DNA of 64,000 nucleotides from Candidatus Acidiferrales bacterium (GTDB lineage: Bacteria > Acidobacteriota > Terriglobia > Acidiferrales > UBA7541), in NCBI GenBank assembly GCA_963780785.1, contig CAWADS010000046.1:21543-85542 (forward strand), in the 5' to 3' direction. Below the pieces are notes generated by a model. It was given only the letters and a program-made list of their open reading frames with translations. It searched no databases and was not told the DNA's origin. Position numbers and translations under genes: made by a program. This document shows positions 50,179 through 59,724 of the stretch, piece after piece; the stretch's first letter is position 1, and each line of letters begins with the position of its first letter.

Positions 50179-52038
50179 GTGACGAGAGCAGTGGAAGCGG
50201 AATTGTCTCCCGGCAACGCACGACTGCGCCGACGCGAGCGCAATGAGGAACTGGGCGATTTCACCACGACACTGCGCGTGATTCCCATCTCGCTGCTGGC
50301 GATGGTGATTGGCGTGTTGTGCGCGTTTGTAGCGCTGGCGCTGCTGCGCCTGATCGGGCTGTTCACAAACCTGTTTTATTTTGGCCGCTGGAACACGGCG
50401 ATGATTTCGCCGGCGGGCAATCATCTGGGCTTGTTCAGCGTGCTGGTGCCGATTGGCGGCGCGTTGATTATTGGATTGATGGCGCGATACGGCTCCGAGC
50501 GAATCCGCGGCCACGGCATTCCAGAGGCCATCGAGGCGATTCTGATTAACGGGAGCCGCGTGGAGCCGAAGGTGGCGCTGCTGAAGCCGCTGTCGTCGGC
50601 GATTTCGATCGGGTCGGGCGGACCATTCGGCGCGGAAGGCCCGATCATCATGACGGGCGGCGCGTTCGGGTCCATGATCGCGCAACTGTTTCACTTGACC
50701 AGCGCGGAACGCAAGACGCTGCTGGTGGCGGGAGCCGCGGGAGGAATGTCGGCAACATTTGCGTCGCCGGTGGCGGCCGTGCTGTTGGCGGTGGAGCTGC
50801 TGCTGTTCGAGTGGAAACCGCGGAGCTTGATTCCCGTGGCACTGGCGAGCGCGGTGGCGGCGGTGGCGCGGCGGTACATCCTGGGATTCGGGCCGCTGTT
50901 TCCAGTGCCGGAACACCCGTTGTTCATCGGTCCGAGGGGACTCCTGGGCTGCGCGCTCGTAGGGATTTTGGCCGGGGGATTGTCGGCGTTGCTGACAATT
51001 TCCGTGTACGCGGCGGAAGACGCATTCCAGCGGCTAAAAATCCACTGGATGTGGTGGCCGGCGATGGGCGGGCTGGCGATTGGCCTGGGAGGATTGATTT
51101 TTCCGCAGGCGCTGGGCGTGGGTTACGACACGATTGGCGCGTTGCTGCAGGGAAATGTGACGACGAGCGTCATCCTGGGCGTTCTGCTGGTGAAATGGTT
51201 TATTTGGGCGGTGTCGCTGGGCTCAGGCACTTCGGGCGGGGTGTTGGCGCCGCTGCTGATGATGGGCGGAGCGCTGGGCGGGCTGGAAGCCATGTTCCTG
51301 CCGAACGAGGGGGCGGGCTTTTGGCCGTTGATCAGTATGGGAGCGATTTTAGGCGGCACGATGAGGTCGCCGTTCACGAGCGTGGTGTTTGCGTTTGAGT
51401 TGACGCACGACGCCAACGTGTTCCTGCCGCTGCTGGTGGGGAGCGTGATTGCGCACGGATTCACGGTGCTGACGCTGCGGCGGTCTATCCTGACGGAGAA
51501 AGTGGCGCGGCGCGGCTACCACCTGAGCCGGGAATACGCCGTGGATCCGCTGGAGTTGTTGTACGTGCGTGAAGTGATGCGCACCGACATCGTGGCGCTG
51601 CAGGCCAGCAGCACGCTACGGGAGGCGCAGGCGACGCTGGCGGGCAATCACAGGCCGGGGCAGGAGTTGGTGCCGGTGGTGGATCCGGATGTGGTCTTGC
51701 GCGGGGTATTGACGCTGAGAGAATTGTGCGAGCCGAAGGAAGGCGGCGATGGTGTGCTTGAGCAGAAGGTCGGTGAGATGGTGAAAGCGGATCCCTTCGA
51801 GGCGTTTCCCGACGAGACGCTACGCGAGGTGGTGTACCGCATGGCGGAAGACGGCGTGACGCGGCTGCCGGTGGTGGAACGGGAAACGGGAAAGCTGCTG
51901 GGCATGGTCTCGCTGGATGATTTGCTGAAGGCGCGAACGCGGCACATGGAAGAGGAACGCCGCCGGGAACAGACGATCAAGTTCCGATTCCGGGCGGCGC
52001 GAAACGAGTCCGCTGAGGAAACACCAACGGCGGTTTGA
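50179..52038 (+). CDS. ClC-family chloride channel/antiporter with CBS domains
   Basis: GHGIP, GPFGAEGP, GGVLAP; C-terminal CBS pair. Confidence 0.9.
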   Translation: MTRAVEAELSPGNARLRRRERNEELGDFTTTLRVIPISLLAMVIGVLCAFVALALLRLIGLFTNLFYFGRWNTAMISPAGNHLGLFSVLVPIGGALIIGLMARYGSERIRGHGIPEAIEAILINGSRVEPKVALLKPLSSAISIGSGGPFGAEGPIIMTGGAFGSMIAQLFHLTSAERKTLLVAGAAGGMSATFASPVAAVLLAVELLLFEWKPRSLIPVALASAVAAVARRYILGFGPLFPVPEHPLFIGPRGLLGCALVGILAGGLSALLTISVYAAEDAFQRLKIHWMWWPAMGGLAIGLGGLIFPQALGVGYDTIGALLQGNVTTSVILGVLLVKWFIWAVSLGSGTSGGVLAPLLMMGGALGGLEAMFLPNEGAGFWPLISMGAILGGTMRSPFTSVVFAFELTHDANVFLPLLVGSVIAHGFTVLTLRRSILTEKVARRGYHLSREYAVDPLELLYVREVMRTDIVALQASSTLREAQATLAGNHRPGQELVPVVDPDVVLRGVLTLRELCEPKEGGDGVLEQKVGEMVKADPFEAFPDETLREVVYRMAEDGVTRLPVVERETGKLLGMVSLDDLLKARTRHMEEERRREQTIKFRFRAARNESAEETPTAV

Positions 52039-52081
52039 GGCGCAGGCGATAAACGTCAGGCAGCATTCCTCAGGGGCTGAA

Positions 52082-52191
52082 GAGTCTGTGTGAGAACTCG
52101 TATTTTGCCACGACTGAATTGAAAGAGGTATTTCACTCTCTACAATATATTGTGGTCAAAGCATCGAAAAAGTGAGTCATCACACAGACTC
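52082..52191. mobile_element. 110-bp MITE inserted in a REP loop
   Basis: 18-bp terminal inverted repeats (16/18 match) flanked by a TGAA direct repeat (52078-52081 and 52192-52195). Removal restores CAGGGGCTGAAGCCC. Confidence 0.8.
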
Positions 52192-52291
52192 TGAAGCCCA
52201 CTGGTATGCAAGCACTTAATGTCGGAGCTAAAGCTCCCGACCCACTCAGACTGCGGAGTTTTTCCGCAAGCTGTGAAGCCATGCCCTGACG

Positions 52292-54044
52292 CTAGAAGCC
52301 GCCGCCGCCACCGCCGCCGAAGCCGCCACCCGAGAAGCCGCCACCGCCTCCAAAACCGGAGCCTCCCGAACTGCGCGGCGCGGAGGCCATGGCGGAACCG
52401 GCGACCGAAGACATCGAATTCAGGCTACTGACAAACATGTAAGGATAGAAGCCTGGGCCGAAGTTGCCCTGGTACCACTGCGGCGGCTGGGTGTAAATGT
52501 TTTTGAAGGCGTTGCTCCAATTTTTCTCCACGCCAAGGGCCATAGCAAAGGGCAGAAACTTCTCAAACATTTCCGGCGTTTTGACCATGCGATTGAAGCG
52601 GTCTGCTTCCACGTGATTCAAGAAATCCTCGAAGCCCAGAACGCCCTCTAGAGCGCGAGCGCCCGTTTGCGTGTGCGCGGGCATGAACCAGCCAAAGCCG
52701 CAGATAATGACGCCGGTGAGAATGCCGGCGACGATGAATGAGAGCGGGGCCATGCCCATATTGCGGGCGATGGCGCTGCCGCCCCAGACGAGAATCACAC
52801 CAGCAACGACGCCGAAACCAAGATAGCCGGAACGAACGCTGTCTGGGCGGCGGTTGTAGTAACCATGCTCGACGAGAGAGTCGAAGAGGTCGTTCCGAAT
52901 GCCGGGAAGGCTGGTGTAGAAGCGATTGTGCAGCTCGGAAAGGGAGACGGAATCGCCGGCATTGCCCCCAGAGAAAAGTCCGCTCAGAAGCGCCTGCTCG
53001 TGTGGTTGCAGCGTGCTCCATTCGGTTCGGGATTTCTTCAGGTGGAAGACGTATTCCTTGCTGTGGGTCAGGCCCAGCAAGTGGTCTTTCTGCTGCTCTT
53101 CGATGACCAGATAGCCGCGCACGGCGAGATCGACGATGGAGGCGGTGATGTCCCGCATATCCACGGAATTATCAACCAGCGTGCCGACTTCGCCCGGAGT
53201 GAGCTTATCGGGAGGCTCATATTGCGCGGCGATAGGTCGGAGGCGCGGATCGCGACCCTTGTTCCACCACAACCAGAACATCAGGACGAAGGCCACGATA
53301 GGCAGGAAGAGCGCCCAATTGCTGCGGAGATAAAGAGAAAGCTTGTCCGCGGCGGTGGGCTCGTGAACGGCGCCCTTGTCGAAAGCAACGGCGACGGTGA
53401 GGCCCTCGTGAATGCCCAGCGGCGCGGTGGTGGTCACGTCCACGCCGGTACCAGCGACTTCCGCGGCGGCCTCGCGCCCCTTCGAGCGAAATGAGCCGGT
53501 GAAGACGTTGGCGCGAATACCGGAGGCGCCGGGAGGAAGAACGATGTGCGCGCCGGCGGCGTCAATGGGGATCTCCCATTCATCTCCGGTCACATTCCAG
53601 TAGAACTCGTCGTATTCGTCGAAGAAGCGCAAAGCATCGCTCGACGACGTAGTCGATGATGACGGTTTGGGTGGAATTGTCGGCGTCGGGGATAAAGATT
53701 TTGAGTTTGCGGTTTTGGCGCTCGCGGCTGGACTCGAATTTCAGTTTATTGCCGTTGCCGTCGGTGATGCTCCTGACGTCGAGAAACAAGCTGTAGTTCA
53801 AGCCGCTCGGGCCGACATATTCGACAGGGATGGTGCGGTAGACGCCGTGCCAGGGACCACCCTTGAATTGGAAGGTGATGTTTTCGGTGACATCGACCTT
53901 GGCGTCCGGCGTGACGGTGATTTCCGCATCGAATTTCCGGATGCGAAGCTGCCTGCCCTGCGCGAATAAATGAGCAGGCACGAAAACGAAGAGCAGCAAA
54001 GCGAGCGCGCAAAGCCTGCGTAGGGAGATAGCACGCGTCATCAT
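52292..54044 (-). CDS. DUF2207 membrane protein (frameshift near 53640)
   Basis: Signal peptide, VTENI, EFYWNVTG, IVDLAVRGYL, LPFAMALGVE, Gly-rich tail GGGGFSGGGFGGGGGGGF; follows lemA. Confidence 0.85.
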
Positions 54045-54063
54045 GTGTGAACTTTCCTAGTGC

Positions 54064-54639
54064 TCAGGCCGTTGGCGCGGCCGGATTGCCGAAACTGACC
54101 TTGGGCGCTTCGCGCTCGGCGGCGGCGGAGACTTCAAAGAACTCGCGCTGCTTGAGACTCATCATTCCCGCAATGATGTTGGTTGGAAACTGCAGGATCT
54201 TGGTGTTGAGATCGCGAACGACGGCATTGTAATAGCGGCGCGCGTTCTGGACGGTTTCTTCAATCTGCGAGAGCGAATTCTGGAGCGAGGTGAAGCTCTC
54301 AATGGCGCGGAGCTGCGGGTAAGCCTCGGCGAGAGCAAAAAGGCTTTTCAGCGCGCCGGTGAGCATGTTTTCCGCCGCGGCCTTATCGGCGGGGCCGGTG
54401 GCGGTCATGGCGCGATTGCGCGCGTTAACGACGGCTTCAAAGGTGCCCTTTTCGTGGGCGGCATAACCCTTCACGGTTTCGACGAGATTGGGGATGAGAT
54501 CGTAGCGGCGCTTGAGCTGCACATCGATGTCCGCCCAAGCGTTGTCGCAGGTGACCTTCAGCCGGACGAGGCTGTTGTACATCGAGATGCCAAGGATCAC
54601 CAGGAGAACGAGGATGCCCAGAACGATGAGACCAAACAT
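54064..54639 (-). CDS. lemA: LemA family protein
   Basis: YNSLV, AWADIDVQLKRRYDLIPNLVETVKGYAAHE, EAYPQL, RRYYN. Confidence 0.93.
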   Translation of the reverse strand: MFGLIVLGILVLLVILGISMYNSLVRLKVTCDNAWADIDVQLKRRYDLIPNLVETVKGYAAHEKGTFEAVVNARNRAMTATGPADKAAAENMLTGALKSLFALAEAYPQLRAIESFTSLQNSLSQIEETVQNARRYYNAVVRDLNTKILQFPTNIIAGMMSLKQREFFEVSAAAEREAPKVSFGNPAAPTA

Positions 54640-54872
54640 AGGTCAACCTCTTTTCGAAAGAGATGGCAAAGCGGGAACAACCTCACTATAAGGGCACGGG
54701 GAAGCGGAGTAAAGGAGAGTTGCAGCGGGGAAGTGCAAAAGAGCAGCAGAATTAACGCCATGTTCATGAAGCGCAGGGATTTGCGCGCGGGTCGCCACGG
54801 CCGCTCAGTATCGCTGGCATATCGTTAGTAATTAATATATGCTCAGGCTGGAACGTCCCTCCAGGTCAAAGC

Positions 54873-56415
54873 ATGCTCTTCAAGACAGTCAGCGCGTCGG
54901 TGTATGGGATTGACGCCTACCTCGTGGAAGTCGAGGTGGACGTGGGCTCGGCGCGCATGCAGGACTTCAACGTGGTGGGCCTGCCGGACAACGCGGTGAA
55001 GGAGAGCCGCGAGCGCATCAAGTCCGCGCTGCGGAATTGCGGGTACGAGTTTCCTTATGGGCAGGGCGTGACCATCAACCTGGCGCCGGCGGACCTGCGG
55101 AAAGAAGGATCGGCGTTTGATTTGCCGATGGCGCTGGGGCTGGCGGGCTGCCAGGGACAGTTTTTCGGAAAGACCCTGGACAAGATGATGTTCCTGGGCG
55201 AGTTGTCGCTGGACGGCAGCGTGCGATCGGTGCGCGGGAGCGCTTTCGGCGGCGATTACGGCGCGGGACAACGGGATGACGGCGGTGGCCGTGCCGGAAA
55301 CGAACGCGCGGGAAGCGGCCGTGGTGGACGGGATTGACGTGTACGCGCTGAAGTCGCTGCCGCAAGCCGTGGACCTGGTGAATTCGCCGGAGTCGTTCAA
55401 GGCCGTAAAGGTGGATGCGCGGCAGATGCTGAACGAGGCGGCGCAGTATCCCGTGGACTTGCGGGATGTGCACGGGCAGCAGGCGGCCAAGCGAGCGCTG
55501 GAAGTGGCGTGCGCGGGCGGGCACAACATTTTGTTTATCGGGCCGCCGGGCGCGGGAAAGACGATGCTGGCCAAACGCATCCCGACGATCCTGCCGCCGA
55601 TGTCGCTGGAAGAGGCGATCGAAACGACGCGGATTCACAGCGTGGCGGGAACGCTGGAAAACAGCCAGGGGCTGATCGGGACGCGGCCGTTCCGCTCGCC
55701 GCACCACACGATCAGCGATGCGGGGCTGATCGGGGGCGGCGCGATGCCGCGGCCGGGGGAAGTATCGCTCGGGCACAACGGGGTGCTGTTCCTGGACGAA
55801 CTGCCGGAGTTCCAGCGCAATGTGCTGGAAGTGATGCGGCAGCCGCTGGAAGACGGCTCGGTAACGATCGCGCGGGCGGCGATATCGGTGACGTTTCCTT
55901 CGCGGTTCATGCTGGCGGCGGCGATGAATCCGTGCCCTTGCGGGTATTTTGGGGATCCCACGCGCGAATGCCACTGCACGCCGCCGATGATCCAGCGCTA
56001 CGTCTCGAAGATTTCCGGGCCGCTGCTGGACCGCATTGACATTCACATCGAAGTGCCGGCGGTGAAGTACAAGGAATTGCGGGCGCCATCGTCTTCGGAG
56101 GATTCCGCCGCGGTGCGTGCGCGGGTGATTGCCGCTGGGGCGCGTCAACTGGAAAGATTCAAGGGAGAGAAGAAGACCTATTGCAACGCGCAGATGGCGC
56201 CGAAGATGATTCGCAAGCACTGCGCGATTTCGCCCGAGGGAGAAAAGCTGCTGGAGAATGCGGTGGTTAAGTTGGGGCTTTCCGCGCGGGCGCACGACCG
56301 CATCTTGAAGGTGTCGCGGACGATCGCGGATCTGGATGGGGCGGCAAACATCGAGGCGAAGCACCTCAGCGAGGCAATCCAGTACCGCACGCTGGACCGT
56401 AACTACTGGGCGTAG
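54873..56415 (+). CDS. comM: YifB/ComM Mg-chelatase-like AAA ATPase (frameshift near 55240)
   Basis: [63 protein letters not shown]. Confidence 0.92.
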
Positions 56416-56445
56416 CAGCGCCGCTGCCCTGGAGAAGAAAAGTCA

Positions 56446-56628
56446 AAACTCGCACCCTTTGAAAAACCAAGTGCCAAAGGATGCGGCACCCAGGGCTTGC
56501 TCTACCCGTCAACCTGTTTGCCACCCGCCATGAAGTTGACTCTAAACCCGCACCTTTCAAAAACCAAATCCGAAAGGTGCGGCACCCAGTCAAAACCGTC
56601 TCACTGCTCAATCTGTGGCCCACCCGTC
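56446..56628. repeat. Two tandem ~98-bp hairpin units
   Basis: CGCACC(C)TTT...AAAGG(A)TGCGGCACCCAG...CCACCCG(C/T)C at 56446-56529 and 56544-56628. Confidence 0.75.
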
Positions 56629-57467
56629 TGAGGTTCCCTAGGGAATAGGAATCTCCTATTACCTGGGACAGACGAATACCAAACAGACCTCTCCTTCCAC
56701 ACATTGCCGATAATCATCTTGTCTTCGATCGATACAAAAACGACGACATAGTCAACTTCCTCTAAACTTTCATAGCCTCTCAGCGTACTGCCTCTCAGAG
56801 TACCGGCAACGTCTTCAAGCAGGAGCGCGGTTTTGAAACGCTGCTCCTTGTACTTCGTCAGTTTAGGAACCTTAGTTTCTACTGCCCGCCTAAGTCTTTC
56901 GCTTTGTAGAGCTTTCTGGTCCTCTGGTTCTTGAGGCATGCACCAGACGTTTCCATTCAAATGCGCGTGGTCTCCACTACATATGAGCGTTATCTTGTGC
57001 CCTTCGTATTCACTCTGTATGTAACTGTCCACCTGTAGCAGCTTCGGGGCGGTCTCCGCTACCCGGGAAGAGAGATCGCTGACAAACTGCTCCCTCCTTT
57101 TCCCCACAAGGGAATCCACTATTATTGGAGGAGCAGCAAGAAAATAATAACGATCAGGCGGAATTCGCTGTCTACAGCCAGCATTGACCGAACAGACGAT
57201 ATCGCGCCACCTTTTCACATACTTAATCTCCTCATTGAAAGATTCAACTCTGGTATGCTCAACCGCAATCCTGCCATTTTCATTGCTGCTGGAGAACAGA
57301 AGGAAGTCAACGTCAGGAGTGCGTCGATTTACCTCATCAGGCGATTCAGACTTCACGTATTCTATGTCCGTGAGCGACCTCAGAATAGTAATAAAAGCGT
57401 CGCGTGCGTTCAGTTCATTCGGTCTCTTCTCGTTCGGTTTCTTCATCAGCTTGACCGGAATTTCCAT
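56601..57467 (-). CDS. Hypothetical protein, putative PD-(D/E)xK-like nuclease
   Basis: Lower-GC ORF with AGGA RBS before ATG; PDEVNRRTPDVDF...IAVEHT resembles a restriction-endonuclease-fold core. In frame with the upstream ORF. Confidence 0.55.
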   Translation of the reverse strand: MEIPVKLMKKPNEKRPNELNARDAFITILRSLTDIEYVKSESPDEVNRRTPDVDFLLFSSSNENGRIAVEHTRVESFNEEIKYVKRWRDIVCSVNAGCRQRIPPDRYYFLAAPPIIVDSLVGKRREQFVSDLSSRVAETAPKLLQVDSYIQSEYEGHKITLICSGDHAHLNGNVWCMPQEPEDQKALQSERLRRAVETKVPKLTKYKEQRFKTALLLEDVAGTLRGSTLRGYESLEEVDYVVVFVSIEDKMIIGNVWKERSVWYSSVPGNRRFLFPREPQTGGPQIEQ

Positions 57468-58169
57468 TTTGCTTTCCTGGGGACGATAGTACACCGCCAG
57501 TTGCCGCCTACCGCCACTTCCGTCATTGTGGCTTCGCCCGATGCGCCTCCAACCACTCCCGCGCCCAAACGAACTCCTCTGGTAAATCCCAGGTATACGC
57601 CACAGCCCAAGCCCGGGCCCGCATATCCGCGGTACGTAAGACGCTGGATCCTCAATTAGCGGGTTGACCAGCCAGCCGCCGTCGGCTAGAGGCCACTCCC
57701 CAAGCAGCTCGTGCATCCGATACACTATTGCCTCTGGAAAGTGCTCTTTGAGAACGGCGCGAGCCTGGCAGACGTGGCAGTAACCTTTTCCGGCTGGTTT
57801 GCCGACGAGTTCCGGCTCCATAGTGGCATCGATGATGATGGCATTGGGATCGCAACGGCATTTCTGAAAAGCCATGTCGAGCAGCACGTTGCGAACATCA
57901 AGGAGTTTTTTATCCCTCCACAGTATTCCCTTTACCAAAGATGCCATCATCAAACCTAGCACCAAGGTTTCAACGATCAGTACGGAGATTGCGCCGAACG
58001 CGTCCGCGTTCGCGCTCGCGCTCGCCATGGCGAAGAGAGCTGCAAACACCAGAGTTGCGACGGCAATGACAAGGTACTCCTGAGAGGTGCTCCCATCCGG
58101 CTGCAGCCAGCGCGACTGCACCCACGACCTTACGCGCGCCACCACTCCTTTTCTGTCTTTGGAGTTCAC
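57468..58169 (-). CDS. Hypothetical membrane protein with Cys motifs (reads through in frame into the downstream ORF)
   Basis: GGAGG plus GTG start; two hydrophobic helices; CRC and CHVC motifs; true 3' end uncertain. Confidence 0.45.
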
Positions 58170-58354
58170 ATGCTGCCTCCCTTGATCTTTTGTGCTGGCG
58201 CTACCTCGCTCTGGCAACAGGAGACAAAATCCTTTCCTGGATTGCGACCTTAATCCAGAGCAGGCGGGTGGAGCAGAGAATTGTCATGATTCATGGGGCA
58301 CGGGGCGAGTATATCATTCACGCACTACCCTTTGTAGCTAGCGGATGTACACGT

Positions 58355-58406
58355 GGGTGCCGCACCTAGGGATTGCTCTACGCGTAAACCTGTTCGCCAC
58401 TCGCCA
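58355..58406. repeat. Right-hand direct repeat of 56479-56530
   Basis: 44/52 identity by manual alignment at offset 1876. Confidence 0.75.
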
Positions 58407-58501
58407 CTCCCCCAAAGGCTCCATTGACTTGGGTTTAGGCGGTGTGTTACGAGTAAGTACGCTTTTTTTCGCGCAGAGAGCGGCCGCAGAACCGACCGGG
58501 A

Positions 58502-58996
58502 ATGGCGCCAGACACCAAACACCTGGAAGTCACCTTGGACACCCACGTCGAGAGCGTAAATCTCGCAGAGGAAATGTGTCTGCGGGTGGCGGAGGCAGCG
58601 GGTTTCGCTGAGGACGAGTGTTACCGGATCGGGATGTCCGTGCGGGAAGGCGTCATCAACGCCTTTCACTATGGGAACCAGGAAAAGCCCGACAAGAAGA
58701 TCCATTTGGGGATCGACCTCACCGGCGAGAAGATGGTCATCCATGTGATGGATGAAGGAAAGGGCTTCCGGCTGGCGGATGTGCCGGACCCGCTGGCGGA
58801 GGAAAATCTGTTGAGCACGTCGGGGCGCGGGATATTCTTGATGCGCTCCTTCATGGATGAGTTCGACGTCGTGCCGGGACGCACGGGGGGCGCGGAGATT
58901 ATCATGTCAAAGAAGTTGCCGCTGCCAGAAAGCGCATCGGGCAACGGCGACCGCAGGCCGTCAAATTCGGATGCCACACCACATCAGGAAGCGTAG
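58502..58996 (+). CDS. RsbW-like anti-sigma factor (HATPase_c)
   Basis: EGVINAFHYGN, DEGKGF, SGRGIFLM. Confidence 0.88.
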   Translation: MAPDTKHLEVTLDTHVESVNLAEEMCLRVAEAAGFAEDECYRIGMSVREGVINAFHYGNQEKPDKKIHLGIDLTGEKMVIHVMDEGKGFRLADVPDPLAEENLLSTSGRGIFLMRSFMDEFDVVPGRTGGAEIIMSKKLPLPESASGNGDRRPSNSDATPHQEA

Positions 58997-59004
58997 GAAC
59001 GATT

Positions 59005-59352
59005 ATGCCAGCCTTATATGCCACCACTCGCGAAGTTGGAGTCATCACCCTCATCGACCTTAGCGGACGCATCGCCCTGGGCGAGGGCAGCGCGCTGCTT
59101 CGCAAGACCATTCGCGATCTGCTCGACAACGGAAACAACAAAATCCTGTTGAATCTGGGCGACGTCAACTATATCGACAGTTCAGGCATCGGCGAGCTCG
59201 TCAGCGGGTTTACCGCGGTGCGCAGCCGCGGGGGAGAGTTGAAGTTGCTGCACCTGACAAAGAAGGTGCACGACCTCTTGCAGATCACCAAGTTGTTCAC
59301 CGTGTTTGATGTCTACACGGATGAACCGACGGCGGTTCGCAGCTTTCAGTAA
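59005..59352 (+). CDS. STAS-domain anti-anti-sigma factor
   Basis: LLNLGDVNYIDSSGIGEL, ITKL. Confidence 0.92.
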   Translation: MPALYATTREVGVITLIDLSGRIALGEGSALLRKTIRDLLDNGNNKILLNLGDVNYIDSSGIGELVSGFTAVRSRGGELKLLHLTKKVHDLLQITKLFTVFDVYTDEPTAVRSFQ

Positions 59353-59724
59353 GATCCTTCGCTCGCAGGGAGATGTCCCCCTAATCTGGTCCTAGAACCA
59401 GATGCGTCAAATTCAGCAGAGTCTGGAAATTCACTCAACCGTGATGCGGACAGCCAGGAATTCCACCGAACGGACGGTGGAAAGTCTTTTCCTGTCATTC
59501 AACCATTGACAATTCATTCACTTACAGCGGGCCACCCCCGGAGTGACGACCGGCAGGGACTCGGGCGCCGATGCACCGCTGGACCGTGACGTGCAACTGT
59601 TGACGTATATACTCGCGTATTGTCGGCAGTACTAGGCCCTTTCGGTCCAGTTCCCTCTGCCGACTCACTTTCCCGTGACGGCATTCTGGTTCCGCGCCGT
59701 CAGCATCGTTTGGGGGGATCGCTA

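Noticed and set aside
52292-52372. GCC-rich tandem repeat
   Set aside because: Encodes the normal Gly-rich tail of DUF2207 proteins.
4623-56415. Frameshifts or stops in lacI, SDR, GH29, Fkp-like, multicopper oxidase, M20, GMC, DUF2207 and comM as programmed frameshifting or mass pseudogenisation
   Set aside because: These are isolated single-base events across unrelated genes with otherwise intact motifs and no shared slippery site. Long-read or assembly error is the simplest explanation; raw reads are needed.
54873-56415. comM interrupted by an integrative element
   Set aside because: comM is a known hotspot, but here it is full length apart from a 1-nt shift; the cassette lies downstream of its stop.
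56446-56628. Tandem hairpin units as a CRISPR array
   Set aside because: Only two degenerate units, and no cas genes.
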